A DNA stretch of 64,000 bases from a virus, in the IMG/VR virus record IMGVR_UViG_3300050821_002957, positions 79,192-143,191 of that record; one strand, written 5' to 3'. How positions within the stretch are numbered: the first letter of the stretch is position 1; every line of letters starts with the position of its first letter. The position numbers were made by a program, and so were the translations under genes. Below are positions 1-11,900 of the stretch, piece after piece. The notes beneath the pieces were generated by a model. That model had not been told where the DNA came from, did not search any database, and saw nothing but the letters and a program-made list of their open reading frames with translations.

Positions 1-90
1 AATGAATTGAAATCCAATAATGGTGTTCCCTGTCAAAAACAACGAACTGGATATAGCTGTACCAGAGGTAAATGTCATCATAACCTGTAT

Positions 91-498
91 TTATCTCACT
101 GCAATTGTCTTTTGGTAGTTCTTTCCGTCAACCGTAGTCTGCCATCCAATATGATAAGCTACTGAACTAGTTTGAGCCTGGACGTATCCCAAAGTCACGG
201 CTTCTGTGCGCCGACGAAAATAGACTAGTCGATATTTGGCGTCAGGGGGCAAGTCTTCTTTGTCATGAATCGTAAAAGCCAATCCATCAATCTCAAAATG
301 TCCATCTCGAAGATCCACCGAGTAAGTGTGATTGGGGTCTACGATGCCAAAGACAATCACATCATCGATTCGCTGCATCACATCATAGAATGCAGATTTG
401 TGTTCTTCCGAAGATGCGATCTGTGAAACATCCTCTGCCGTCTGTTGAAGCATCGTGCCATCACTGAAGTGGCATTCAAAAAGGTATCCTAATTCCAT
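91..498 (-). CDS. hypothetical protein at the distal end of the fibre/structural operon
   Basis: 135-aa ORF co-directional with and immediately downstream of the repeat-bearing fibre gene 508-1605, with no gap. No recognisable motif. Confidence 0.4.
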   Translation of the reverse strand: MELGYLFECHFSDGTMLQQTAEDVSQIASSEEHKSAFYDVMQRIDDVIVFGIVDPNHTYSVDLRDGHFEIDGLAFTIHDKEDLPPDAKYRLVYFRRRTEAVTLGYVQAQTSSVAYHIGWQTTVDGKNYQKTIAVR

Positions 499-507
499 TG
501 CTCATAT

Positions 508-1605
508 CTATACGAGCGGATTTGGACCTCGAACCAAGAGAAGATTGTGAGCAAACTTAAACAAATGGCCCATCTGCCCGTTAGTAATGTCTCCTTGGAG
601 CAATGCAAAGTAAATCATCGTTCCACGAATGTTTCCTATCAGACCACTGTCACCAATGAACTTTGGTAGAGCTTCTTCAGACAAATCATAAATGCCGACT
701 TTTGTTGCAACATTAGAATTAACCGAAAGACGAGTGTCTAGCTGCTGGTCGGTTGGGTTGTAACGTTGAACTACGACAAAGGGAACATTCACGGTTGGAA
801 AAAATTTTCCGGTCCATGCTTCTACTTGAAGGTCAACTGCGAAGCCGATATCAGTGTTGTAACGTAGTTTGTAGTAACCATCTGTACCACCTTCACCCCA
901 GACAGCAATCACATCGTCAGAAGTATCCAATGTCTCTGGTTGAACAATTGCAAAGACCGTATACGTCGAAGTACTTGCCATGTGACCTGCAATCAAAGGT
1001 ATGTTCGACGATGTGATGTATTGTGATCCATCCAATCGTAATCCTAAATTCGTGTACACGCCTGGAGCCGACAACGTACCATCGATTCCATTGCCCGACA
1101 AATCTTTGATCGTAGTTGGGTTAGAACCTTCATAAAATCCGTATTCGACCAGCAAATTTGGAAGATTAATGGTATAGGCAATGACAGCAGAACCTAGTTG
1201 TGTCTGTTGTGTCGTCACTTGAACAGTGCTATTGGCTAATTGGGTCTGTATCGTCGTATTGCGAACCGACGTGTTTCCGATTTGCGGTCTGACCGTCGTA
1301 TTTTGAATATCTGCTCCACCAACTTGTGAAGCATCAAAAGTTACTTGAAATCTGGAAATACCCGGCTGTGTTTGGGCTGTTGTATTTTGAATTGCAGCCC
1401 CGCCAGCCTGTTGCTTTGGATTGGTAGTCTGAATACGTGCCTTGCCGGTCTGACAGCGTTGTAGCCCCGTTCCAGGCCCAACACGGTCCTCTTCTCCTTG
1501 CATGGCGACCAACAGTTCTCCGTTCGTCGAATCCAACCAACCTTGTTTCGTCAGTTCGGCTTCAGGATAGAACGTCGGTGGGGTGTCCAGAGTCCATAGA
1601 GGCAT
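508..1605 (-). CDS. tail-fibre-like structural protein with N-terminal TQxGxAxIQNTT-type tandem repeats
   Basis: 365-aa ORF. Its N-terminal third carries a repeated ~12-aa unit (AAIQNTTAQTQPG, ADIQNTTVRPQIG, TSVRNTTIQTQLA). The same repeat family occurs at the C-terminus of the 1343-aa protein 14356-18387. Confidence 0.5.
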   Translation of the reverse strand: MPLWTLDTPPTFYPEAELTKQGWLDSTNGELLVAMQGEEDRVGPGTGLQRCQTGKARIQTTNPKQQAGGAAIQNTTAQTQPGISRFQVTFDASQVGGADIQNTTVRPQIGNTSVRNTTIQTQLANSTVQVTTQQTQLGSAVIAYTINLPNLLVEYGFYEGSNPTTIKDLSGNGIDGTLSAPGVYTNLGLRLDGSQYITSSNIPLIAGHMASTSTYTVFAIVQPETLDTSDDVIAVWGEGGTDGYYKLRYNTDIGFAVDLQVEAWTGKFFPTVNVPFVVVQRYNPTDQQLDTRLSVNSNVATKVGIYDLSEEALPKFIGDSGLIGNIRGTMIYFALLQGDITNGQMGHLFKFAHNLLLVRGPNPLV

Positions 1606-1794
1606 TTGCAGTATTTAGAGTCAAACCCAATCAACTCTGCACGCATCAAAAAGTCTTCAAAACTAATTTGTAATCATCAAGATGCAGCGACCGAACATTG
1701 CACGAAGAGAAATTTTAAACAGAACACTTGACAGTATTTTAGGAATGTGAGACACTCGTGATTGTCGGACACATTCTGACACACAAAGGACAAA

Positions 1795-2814
1795 ATGACG
1801 CTTATTACTGATATTGATCTCGCTCAACGGGCAACGCACAGTAAAATCACCGTACATAAAGGATCAACCGAAAACATCCTTCGCACAATGCCCAAACAAC
1901 GGGACTTCCGTATCAATAGCTGTCTCGAATTAAAAACAGCTATTGAACAAGGAACCTTCCGATACTTACCCGGACAAGCGATCCACTTCGATAATGAAGG
2001 CCATCTGCGTAACGGACAACATCGTCTTTTAGCGCTCTCTATGGCAGACGGTGGCGAATCCGAACCCTTCATTGAAGTTGACGTGATTTCGGGTGCCACA
2101 GAAGACGAGATCGAAACCCTCGATCAAGGCGTCCCTCGAAACACCGCCGATGTATTGGCGATGGAATTAGCAAAACGTGGAATCATCATCGATGACCATC
2201 GAGTAATCACGGCTACTGGTCGGTGTATGATGTTGTTCGATACATTAATGACCAATGACTCGAACACCGCCACTCGGATCGGTATTGAAGCAGCGATTGC
2301 TGGTAAAGGTTCAGCAGGCGTTACGAAAGATCAGGAACTTAACTACATTCGTGAACATCTCAACGAATTGATTCCTGCCGCAAAGTATGCTAACCGTGGC
2401 CGGGGCGACCGCAAAGATGAAGAAGCCTCAAAAGTACCGTTAGCTCCCCGTATTGCTGGAATGGTGTATGTGTTACTTGCTCGCACCACAGATCAAACCA
2501 AAGCACTCGCATTCTTAGAATCACTGGCGACCGGCGAAAAACTAGAAAAGGGTTCTCCGGTTTTAGTTCTTCGCAACCGCCTGAAGGATAATCCGCCGAA
2601 GCCTCGTGAAACTGCATTACTTACGCTGAAGGCGTGGAATCAATTCTGCGAGGGGAAGGTTGTTGGGCAGACTAAATTGGCAGCAGAAGAGACTGTCGAA
2701 ATCACCAACATGCCGCAAACGCCTGCGACCAATATTCAGATCGTTTATTCCAGCAGTAAGACCAAAAAAGCACTCCGGGAAAAGCTCAACTCACAAATCG
2801 CAGTGAGTGCCTAA
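1795..2814 (+). CDS. ParB-like nuclease / DGQHR-domain (DndB-like) protein
   Basis: 339 aa. The motif ...HLRNGQHRLLAL... matches the DGQHR signature of the ParB-like superfamily. It is the only plus-strand gene in the first 23 kb and is convergent with the structural genes. Confidence 0.5.
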   Translation: MTLITDIDLAQRATHSKITVHKGSTENILRTMPKQRDFRINSCLELKTAIEQGTFRYLPGQAIHFDNEGHLRNGQHRLLALSMADGGESEPFIEVDVISGATEDEIETLDQGVPRNTADVLAMELAKRGIIIDDHRVITATGRCMMLFDTLMTNDSNTATRIGIEAAIAGKGSAGVTKDQELNYIREHLNELIPAAKYANRGRGDRKDEEASKVPLAPRIAGMVYVLLARTTDQTKALAFLESLATGEKLEKGSPVLVLRNRLKDNPPKPRETALLTLKAWNQFCEGKVVGQTKLAAEETVEITNMPQTPATNIQIVYSSSKTKKALREKLNSQIAVSA

Positions 2815-2824
2815 ATTACAACGC

Positions 2825-2871
2825 AAAAGAGCGCCGGGACCGAAATCCAAGCGCTCCTCTGATACCTTTTT
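2825..2871. terminator. bidirectional rho-independent terminator between convergent genes
   Basis: GAGCGC-16 nt-GCGCTC hairpin (2829-2856). It is flanked by AAAA on the plus side (a T-run for minus-strand transcripts) and by CCTTTTTG downstream on the plus strand. Confidence 0.4.
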
Positions 2872-2872
2872 G

Positions 2873-3433
2873 TTAGTTCTCGTCGTATTGTAATGTTACG
2901 GTGATGCTTGCCATGTCGCCTGCGGACGCTGAAGAAGTCGTCTGAAGCTGCGTTGCGAGATATTGAGTGAAACCACCACCAGATGCCAATGTTGCTCCCG
3001 GCGATGCGTTTGAAGGATCTGCTGCAAACTGAACCGTCTGACCTGAACCAATTGCAACTGCGGTCGTAAAGTTGACCGTCAAAGATGCGTTCGTTGTTGT
3101 GGACGGCGTTGCGTATGTGCTGGTGACTACACCCATCAAGGTCAAACCAGTTGCCAAAGATCCCGAAGGAGCAGTGTGTGCCGACCACTTTCCGTTCAAA
3201 ATTTCATTGTACGAACCAGAGAACTGACCGTATTGATACTTCGTGAACGAGTTGTTGCCTGCGACGATAGGAGATGCCGAATAAAGCGTTCCACCTGAGC
3301 TAGTCTTTGCGTCATCAGTATTTTTCCATGATACGTCGGTCGGAGGAGTCGATAACTGTGAACGAGTAGTTCCGTGTGCTGGAGAGCCTGTTGCTGCTCC
3401 GTTATCTTCGCACCAATTGAATGTTGCTGCCAA
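2873..3433 (-). CDS. hypothetical Ser/Thr/Gly-rich structural-module protein
   Basis: 186-aa ORF with low-complexity S/T/G-rich composition, typical of fibre-associated proteins. The overlapping ORF 2811-3188 is rejected as an alternative frame. Confidence 0.4.
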   Translation of the reverse strand: MAATFNWCEDNGAATGSPAHGTTRSQLSTPPTDVSWKNTDDAKTSSGGTLYSASPIVAGNNSFTKYQYGQFSGSYNEILNGKWSAHTAPSGSLATGLTLMGVVTSTYATPSTTTNASLTVNFTTAVAIGSGQTVQFAADPSNASPGATLASGGGFTQYLATQLQTTSSASAGDMASITVTLQYDEN

Positions 3434-3494
3434 TGTAGTTTTCCTTACTCTCAGTTAAAGAGAGATTTTGAATTGCATTGTATTGCTAAGATAT

Positions 3495-3887
3495 TTAGAT
3501 ACCACCAAAGTCGTCAGGAACGTATGGTGTGATGAGTGTGGTATCGGGTCTAGACGTTACGGCAGGGTTGACAGTGACAATTCCTTCAAAAATTTTGGTG
3601 ATCATTCCACTTCCAGTGTTGGTAACGATCAAATCATAGACCCATCGTGTAGAATTCAATCCCATTGTCTGGGCATGTGACAACGTAAGGGTTATGACAC
3701 CAGCAGTTGCATTGGTGACTGTCGCTGTAACTGCTACTGCATAGTTTGAACCATATGACAGACGAATCAAACAGGTGGCAGTGTATCCAGTGAGATTCAA
3801 AACCGACCCATCGGGGTTAGTCACAGGAGGCAACACGGCTACAAAATCGGAACCTTGATCAATATACAAGTCTAGTGATAGAGCCAT
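3495..3887 (-). CDS. hypothetical structural-module protein
   Basis: 130-aa ORF, co-directional within the structural operon. Confidence 0.4.
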   Translation of the reverse strand: MALSLDLYIDQGSDFVAVLPPVTNPDGSVLNLTGYTATCLIRLSYGSNYAVAVTATVTNATAGVITLTLSHAQTMGLNSTRWVYDLIVTNTGSGMITKIFEGIVTVNPAVTSRPDTTLITPYVPDDFGGI

Positions 3888-3909
3888 GTTGCCTCAATTG
3901 TGAGTTAAT

Positions 3910-4446
3910 TTACTTCTTCAAAGCGACGGCGGCGGCGAGTGTCTGAGCAGTCTTCGTCTTGATTTTCTTCAACATCGCTTTGTCAGCCCTGCCCATAGCC
4001 ATCTTAGGAGATACGTGCGGAGCCAATTTTGCTAACGACGTAACCGAAGACGAATTGAGTTGAGAGATAAAGATATTGATTGCTGCTGTAACTGCCTGGA
4101 TTGCTGCAAGGACTGTCGGTGCATTTGATCCAAATGCAGGTGCCGCAACCTGAGCGAAAGCTGACGTAATGACAGCGATCTTTTCAGCATTGGTATCCTT
4201 GGAATCTAGTTCAGTGGTGGATGTATTGACTGCCGTTGCTACGCTTGTTGCATAGGTGGAGACAAGATTTGCTGTTGCCTGATCGAGCTTACCTGTTGCT
4301 ACGAGAGCCTGAGTAACCACGACTGCAACCGAAGCTGCATCCGACACAGCGTTAAGTGCTACTACCAAATTCGACGCTGGTGTTCCGCATCCAACCGATG
4401 CCAGACCCATCACACACGCCATAAAAACTGCTAAAATGGACTTCAT
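3910..4446 (-). CDS. putative Ala-rich lipoprotein/secreted protein embedded in the fibre module
   Basis: N-terminus MKSILAVFMACVMGLASVGCGT has a signal peptide with a Cys near the cleavage site (lipobox-like). The mature part is Ala/Thr/Val-rich and predicted helical. Confidence 0.5.
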   Translation of the reverse strand: MKSILAVFMACVMGLASVGCGTPASNLVVALNAVSDAASVAVVVTQALVATGKLDQATANLVSTYATSVATAVNTSTTELDSKDTNAEKIAVITSAFAQVAAPAFGSNAPTVLAAIQAVTAAINIFISQLNSSSVTSLAKLAPHVSPKMAMGRADKAMLKKIKTKTAQTLAAAVALKK

Positions 4447-4497
4447 TTGTTTTTCCTCTTTTGTGAAGGACTGCCCTCACGTCAGAAGTATATAGCC

Positions 4498-5064
4498 CTA
4501 CTTCTTGGTCTTGCTTTTTGTCTTCTTAACTACTTTCTTCTTAGCGGGTTTCTTCTTTGCCGGTTTTTCCAAGTTCTTCTTGGTAGTTGGTTTTTTGGAT
4601 AGATTTTTCGCTACTGCGACAACAAGCGGATCTTTTTTCCTTGGTGCTGAAATTTTTGAGCTTAATTTCTCATGTTCGCTCTCTTTGGACAATTCCTTCA
4701 CAGTAGCAAGCAACAGAGGATCGGTAGTTTCGACTTCTTCTGGCTTCACTTCCGGTTTGTTCAAAAAAATATCAATGGAAGGCGGCGGGTCGGCTAGAGG
4801 TTCGACCTGTGGTTTGTCCGGTACATTGGCAAACATTTCTTCGACAGCACGGTCAATAGGCCCAGTGTAAGCAGATTCTTCATCGCAACAACGTGGATAT
4901 AAAATAGCTGGATTAGGAATGGTGAATGTAGGCGGTGCTGGCTTCACTTCTTCTTCGGTCTTGAGTTCTTTGGCTGCGTTCAATAAATCTGCGGTTGTGC
5001 CTTCAAAGACCACCGACGCTTCTTTCTTCTTCCAACCAAACCAATCTAAAATTTTGTCAAACAT
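4498..5064 (-). CDS. Pro/Glu/Lys-rich protein with poly-Lys tail
   Basis: 188 aa with a PEVKPEE-like middle and a C-terminal KKPAKKKVVKKTKSKTKK. The plus-frame ORF 4505-4870 is rejected as the mirror frame. Confidence 0.45.
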   Translation of the reverse strand: MFDKILDWFGWKKKEASVVFEGTTADLLNAAKELKTEEEVKPAPPTFTIPNPAILYPRCCDEESAYTGPIDRAVEEMFANVPDKPQVEPLADPPPSIDIFLNKPEVKPEEVETTDPLLLATVKELSKESEHEKLSSKISAPRKKDPLVVAVAKNLSKKPTTKKNLEKPAKKKPAKKKVVKKTKSKTKK

Positions 5065-5075
5065 AATATCCTGAT

Positions 5076-5393
5076 TTACGATTCTTCGTAACCGTAAGCT
5101 ATTGCATTGACGCCCGTCGCAGTGCTGAACACATAAATGAACTGTCCTTCATTAAGCACCAATCCAGAGCGTTCGTAAGTCTCATACGGATAGATCGTAT
5201 AATTGTAAGCGATGTATTGACCGTTTGAAACTGATGTCGATGTGGTCAGAGCGATGTTCACCTGGACCGGACTTGAAGTGCGGTTGACCATTGAGACTGA
5301 GAATGATGCAACCATTCCCGATGGGCAGGCATAAAGCTGCTCGTTTGTTGATGCATTTGGGATGTCGAGTGTTCCGAGAATTCCTGTAGCCAT
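5076..5393 (-). CDS. hypothetical small protein (tail fibre assembly/chaperone position)
   Basis: 105-aa ORF immediately downstream of the giant fibre gene region, co-directional. Confidence 0.4.
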   Translation of the reverse strand: MATGILGTLDIPNASTNEQLYACPSGMVASFSVSMVNRTSSPVQVNIALTTSTSVSNGQYIAYNYTIYPYETYERSGLVLNEGQFIYVFSTATGVNAIAYGYEES

Positions 5394-5402
5394 ATTTTCC
5401 TC

Positions 5403-5690
5403 TTAATACAAAATAGTCATCGAGCCTGCAAATCGCATACGACCCTTTGTCGTTCCAAGCCCACCACCAGTAACCGTCACAACACCAGATTCATTGATCG
5501 TGATGTCGCCAGAAGCAGTGACATTGGCATAGTTTGTACCGTTGAACACCAAAATTTGTCCTGGTGACGGACTGGAAGATGAAAGCAAGGTTCCAGCCGA
5601 TCCTAACGTGTTTACCACGTCGATCATATCGTTGTCTTTTTGGACCCATTGATCGAAGGTGTCAGTTATTAGAATCTGTGGTATCGGCAT
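5403..5690 (-). CDS. hypothetical small protein
   Basis: 95-aa ORF, co-directional, Gly/Thr-rich. Confidence 0.4.
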   Translation of the reverse strand: MPIPQILITDTFDQWVQKDNDMIDVVNTLGSAGTLLSSSSPSPGQILVFNGTNYANVTASGDITINESGVVTVTGGGLGTTKGRMRFAGSMTILY

Positions 5691-5946
5691 TCTTCTCCTC
5701 CAGCAATTTATAAACTAGCTTCTTTAATTCCGCTACGTCTGTTCGCAAACTATTTAGTTCTCTATCCTTTGCACGCTGGTCTGCGAGCTTCTTCATCGCA
5801 TTGTCATGTGCTCTCTGTGATTTTCTCAGAGCACCGACATTCGTATTAATCACGCCCATACTGAACGTGTCACGCACCAAAGAATTGTTACCATTGATGT
5901 TCAAGTACTTTGGAATAGATGACTTAGGTATTGGTCTTTTACTCAT
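5662..5946 (-). CDS. hypothetical small coiled-coil protein
   Basis: 94-aa ORF with a C-terminal heptad-like region (LNSLRTDVAELKKLVYKLLEEK). Its start overlaps the stop of the upstream giant gene (ATGA-type coupling at 5943-5946). Confidence 0.4.
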   Translation of the reverse strand: MSKRPIPKSSIPKYLNINGNNSLVRDTFSMGVINTNVGALRKSQRAHDNAMKKLADQRAKDRELNSLRTDVAELKKLVYKLLEEKNADTTDSNN

Positions 5947-8900
5947 GAATTTAGGGCAATTCCCTGGAAGTCTTGCATGGTCGGCGGCTGCGAAGAGTTT
6001 CCACCACGCATTACCAACTTTACCGAAAATGCTGTGAACGAACCAATGTCATTCGCCGAGAAGCTATAGTCTTTGTATTCATCCGGGTTTGACGAGAAGC
6101 CTTGGTCAACGGTATCGTCAACTGCAATGGCTGTCCACAAAATCGAATCGAATTGCTGTGTACTGTTCGTCGGTAATACTCGATAGTAACAATCGACGAA
6201 AGATCCCGGTGGACGATTGATTGCAAATAGAATGTGCAAACTGTTTGCCGGATTTGCAAGATTAAACTGTCTTGTGATGTAACGAGATGCTGTCGTACAA
6301 CCATCTGGACCACTTTCTGCAACGTAACGATTGTACTGAATAAGCGTCACGTTTGCTTGATTGGTTGCCGGAACGAATGGCTGAGAGACCCCAGTGTTGC
6401 AAGTCAAAGAATTCGGTCCTACAGCTAAGACCAAAACGGGATTGCTGAATGGATAAGGATTTGATGTTGCACCGTCGATCTCCATTACATATCCAGGTTT
6501 AAATCCGCTAAAGTCAAGAACAGAAGACGGATTGGTGATTGTGTTCACATATTGGAAATTGTTGACCGTACCGATTGCAGGTCCAGGAGGCGTCGAATCT
6601 GCTCCTGAAATTGCTTCCGATACAATAAAGTTTCCAGTTACATTTGACAAGGTTAGGTTTACCGAGTCCCATGCAACAACAGTTCCTTGTGCGCCGCTCG
6701 TCTGGCCGGTGACTGTATCATTCAAAACGAACGGACCACCTGTGACAGCGATAACCTGAACAATGACTTGACTATTGAAGACAAAATAATCTCCAGAGGT
6801 CGATGTCAATGTCGCACCAGCATCTAATGCCTTAATCGTTCTATTTGCAAATGTTGGATCATCAAGACGAGTGTTTACCAAAATGATCGATGTACGACCA
6901 AGGTCAATCTGTGGCGTCAAATTTTCTGTCGTCGTAGACATGGTTGCTTGCAATTTGAAAGAACGACGATCATAGACTGATGCACCGACAATGCTGGTAG
7001 CCTCATTGATATCGCTGGCTACCATTCGAGGAGTCAAAAACTCATTGGTAGTATTGATCGGAACCGGCACCCAAGAAGGATCTTGCAAGTATGGTTCCTG
7101 TGACGTATAAGAATTGTTATCTGGTGACTTACCAGAAATACCTTCAAAGGCCCAAGCAATATCAGTTCCGCTTACTGTCAACGTATTTGCAATGATGTCC
7201 AAGGCGTCATACTGAATGTTCTTGGTTGCAACAATTCCTTCCGGTCCAACACGACCTGTCCCGCTTGCTGCCGTTCCTGCTACTGTAATTGTGTAGTCAT
7301 CCAAAGTTACGTTGTCAATCGAAAATGTTCCATTTAATTGAACATCAGTCAAACCATTATAAGTTCCCGGAGGAATGTTCGAGAGAGTTACGACACTATT
7401 GACATTTTCGCCCTTTGGCATTCCATGATTTGGATGAAGCACACGAACAATGTTTTGTCCCGTTGCAGTCTGAAGCGGCAACGATCCCAATGTGTCTGGT
7501 TGTACAGATGAATTAGTAAAGTACACTTCACCGTCCACAGTTGGATCGAACTGTGCCTGATAGCAAGTGAACTTCATATTCTGTGTCGGATCAGCAACCC
7601 ATGTCGAAGCGTTCTGCGATTTAAAAATGCTTCCAAGATACGGAGGCGTGCTTACAATATTGGTCGAGCCGATGATTGTGTCACCTAAAACTGCGGTGTA
7701 GACATTATACTGAATCGAATTTGCAATCAAGACAATAGCATACTCTGTACCATCATTCAAATAGATCGGAGTATCGAAGACGAATTGTGTCGGCACCGAA
7801 GCATCTTGCGAAGTGTTAATTACAGCGTTAGTGTATGGCGACGGATAGTCAAGCACACCAGAAGAATTGATTGCACTCAAAATCGGATTATTTGGATAGA
7901 GTGTTTTCTGAGAATATGGAACAACATCCTGTGATGGATAACCATTGACCATACTACGAATTTGCATCGTGACGGGAACTGACGGATCAGCCGACTGGAA
8001 GTAAACATCGACCGCAGTCAAGAATAGACCGCCAGCCGACTTAACCAAGAACGACTGAGCAAGCGGATCAACCCACAATGTCAAGTCAACTACTTCAGGA
8101 CTACCACTTGTTTGTGCAACCGCAGTCTGTTGTGATGTTGTCGTCGTCGAACCGAGATTCTGAGTGACAATCTGTGACTGGCTGACCTGTTGTGTCTGAA
8201 TTTGTGGTGTGGCAATCGACGTAATGGTTTCTTGGTTCTGATCAACAATACCAGACGCATTGTAAGTAGCATCACCGTATGTCGAAGCAGTTGCAGCATT
8301 CGTCAAACTTGAGGTTAAACGGAACACACGAGCACCGACACGAAATTCATTTGCAGTATTGCACGGAATTTCAAAGAATAAAGTTATGCTTCCGGTTGCA
8401 TCGGTGACCAAAGGATCATTCAAAGCACCAACCAAAAGTGTAGCTGTCTGATCAGTATCGGTAGGATCTTCAGATACACCTTCGTCAATGTTGTCTTGAG
8501 GGCTATAATCTCCACCCCATGTAATCGTTATCGTTTCCCAATCTGCTGTTGACGGTGCATTTGGTGTGATTTGAGGATCAAGATAAGGACGACAGAAAGC
8601 CGACACCAATGTTCCATCAAAGAATGGATACAAAGTTGTACTTGGCTTAAAGTGCGTACCAATAACTTTGATACGGCGACTTCTAATGTAAGGAGTCAGG
8701 CTGACATTAACGACAGAATTGTTGACTGTCTGAGTAATATTAGCCGTGACCATCGTCTGAATACCAGTACGAGTTTGGCTGATTTGCTGTGACGTGCTGA
8801 CCGTTGTGTTCGTTGTTGTCGTAGACGATGTAGAAGCGCCTGGACCCTGAACAGTATAAGGAACCTGGACAGAGTTTTGACCATTCCATTCAGGACTCGT

Positions 8901-11900
8901 CGAATATGGAGAACCATTGATGTAAATGACGGTGTGTGAATACTCGTCTCCTTCGCTCGAACCGGCGTTTGCTGTGTTGTTCGTATAGGTCCAGCTACCA
9001 GGAGTTGCGATAAGATTTGCAATGACATCCTGAGGATTCGTGCTACCACTACCAGCAGTTGATGATGGTGTTGAAGAGGTCGATACCGTAGATGATGTGG
9101 TGCTTACAGGCGTACCGACCCAATTAGTCTGCCAGTCACCCCAAGTTACTCCGCTCCATTGATTGACGTACTGATAACCATCCATTGCCGAGTTATCTGT
9201 CAAATTAATAACTGGACGTTGGACCGTAGAATACCATGTATCAGTCGGCGGAACTAACGAAACACTGCCATAATACGTGAAAACGGCGAATGGATTGATA
9301 TTGATTGTGTCGGTAGCAAAGCCTTGCGTAATTGCCGGGATTTGAGTGTACGGCAAAACGCAGATGTTGTCTCGAACCACATATCCCGACGAACCTGTTG
9401 CATAAAAATCAAGGTTGTTAGAATTTTGAATAAAGGTTGGACGTAAAGTTCCCGAACCAGGATCTACAGAACATGCAAAGTCAGGATCAAAAACATCTCC
9501 GACACCCATGCCTTGGAAATTGTCTACGACGAATCCATTTTGGAAACGATCCAATCCAGTTGCCGTGTTTGTTACGGTATAATTGGCTGCGCTTGTCTCA
9601 AGTTGGTTTAAACTGACATAGTATTCAAGGTTAGCAATACGCTGTTCGAGCTTACCAATGTCCTGCATAGTGTATGAAGGGTTATTGGTCGTAATCCAAG
9701 AAAGGTCTGTTGTAGAAAGTGTGTACGGATTAAGAGTAATCGTGTACAACATCATACCATCGAGAGGATCTGCTGGCGGTAGAGGAGCCAACGCCGGGGT
9801 TCCTGTGATGTCATCAAAATTGCCGTATCTATCGACGTAAATTTTATCGATACGTCCGAGATAGTATTGGAAATCAGCAATGATATTATTCGATGTCTGG
9901 AGAGGAGCCGAATAGCTTCCGCCCGTTCCAGAGAATCCCAGTCCATCATCTTCGAGGCGAGGACGGAAATCCATACAGTCACGAAGGACCATAAAACTTC
10001 CATTAGAGGCCGGATAAACAGGGATATTGTTATAAGAAACTTGGTTAGTGTAGCTATCGACCGAGAAGTAGTCACCAGATCCCGAGTGGGCAAAGTATTT
10101 GAACGAAATCAAAACACGGCCACCTGGATTCGGTGCTCCCGGTGAAAGGATTATTCGACCGATGTCATAGTAATAGTCACGTTGACCACCATCCAAGACA
10201 TAACGACCGCTAATGTCCATGTCGCTTGTAGTTGCATCAACACCAGGATCTCCTGAGTCATAAACATTTAAAAGCGAATACACATCACCTTTTGAAAGTG
10301 ACATGATCGGAGTTGGATTTGGAAATGCAATTGTTGCTGTGGTTAGAGCCTTGAGTTTCTCTTGTGCTCCCGTCTTGTAAAGTGTAGCCATCAACTTTAC
10401 AGTCGTTCCGGTAATACCACCCAAGATTCCAGCATTGAAAATTGTAAACGTAAGCTGAGTGCCTGCTGGACTTCCGCCGAAATTCCCCGAGTTGATGTAC
10501 TGGTCAAGATCAATGATCTTACCAATCTGTCCCGAGTTGGAACATGCTACGATGACAGCCATATAATCAATGTTGTTATATGGTGCAAATGTTGCTGTTG
10601 GTGAAGTGTTGAAGATGTACTGTCCAGAACTGTTGCTGGTTGCAATGAAGGTCTGACGAACATAGTAATTGGTTCGGCAAGTAGTGTCAGATGCACGAAT
10701 GGTCGAAACCAATTGGATCGGCATTTGATAGACCAACAGAGCTAATGACGAATTGAAAATTTGACGACGATTAGCTAAAGTTCCTGTTGTAGAACTTGGT
10801 GCCGTGAACTGACCGCTCGACAAAATTTGAAGTGCGTTTGTATTGTTTGGTTCAGTGATGATGATATTGTTAATTGCATCGTACTCATCCAGAATTTCAG
10901 TTCCGATTCCACTTGGGCCGGTAATCGTTGCACCTGGAACTAGACCTGTACCGTTGATGTTTGTTGCATCGAACATGGTGCAAACGTCACCCCAGCACGC
11001 TAGACCATTGTTATTGTTGTGTGAGGAATCGTTTACTAAGTAGAACGAACGAACGTTATCGATGTTCACACCAGGGTTCAAATTGATGTCAAAAATGAAC
11101 AGCTTAAACAGAGCACTTGGATCACCAGCATTAAGTCCACTGTAGTATTCCATTGCATGAATTCTGGCTGTTCCTAATCCGTTCGTAGCAAGATCAAAAG
11201 AACCATTGCTCTTCCGATTTGAAAAATTGATTGTCAAAAAGTTTTTCGGAACGCTAGAATCCGGCAATGGGAAATTTGAAATGTTCTTGACCAGAAGATA
11301 ATTTCCAATGGGCGCTGCAACCTGAGCACTTACTGCCTGGGCTGTCGTTCTTGCCTTAGCAACTGTCACAAATTGGGTGGACAAAGTGTCGATACGATAA
11401 CCATCTACATATGCACGACCAGACTCCATTCCGACAGCCAACTTCGTAATGTCTCCGATTCCAAACGGTGGTGGAGGATAAACTCCGTTGTTAACCATCG
11501 TCGGATCAGACACAATGTACGTTGTAGTCGTGTCAGGAACTTTGTTTGCTGCAAAAGGATTGTCAATAACTGCTATCTTCGTTGCTCCAGTGTATCCAGT
11601 GATGGTGAAATTTTGTCCTGCACCTGTGCCATTGGAAAGGTAGATTTGATTATTGACATAAGCACCATCGACGGCTGAGGCTGATGTCGCCAACATGATA
11701 GATGCTGGTGCTGCCGGTCCAGGATTAGATCCTACAGCTTGCGTTGCACCGGCCACCTGTCCTTCAGTTACAAAGGATGTGTCTAAGTGTTCACGCACAT
11801 TGATTTGGAAATTACGAACTGCAAAGTCACCTGCGCTGTCGGCAACATATCCGGCAAGCTCTTGAGCAATAACACTGTAAGTATCAGTCTTTACCTGAGT

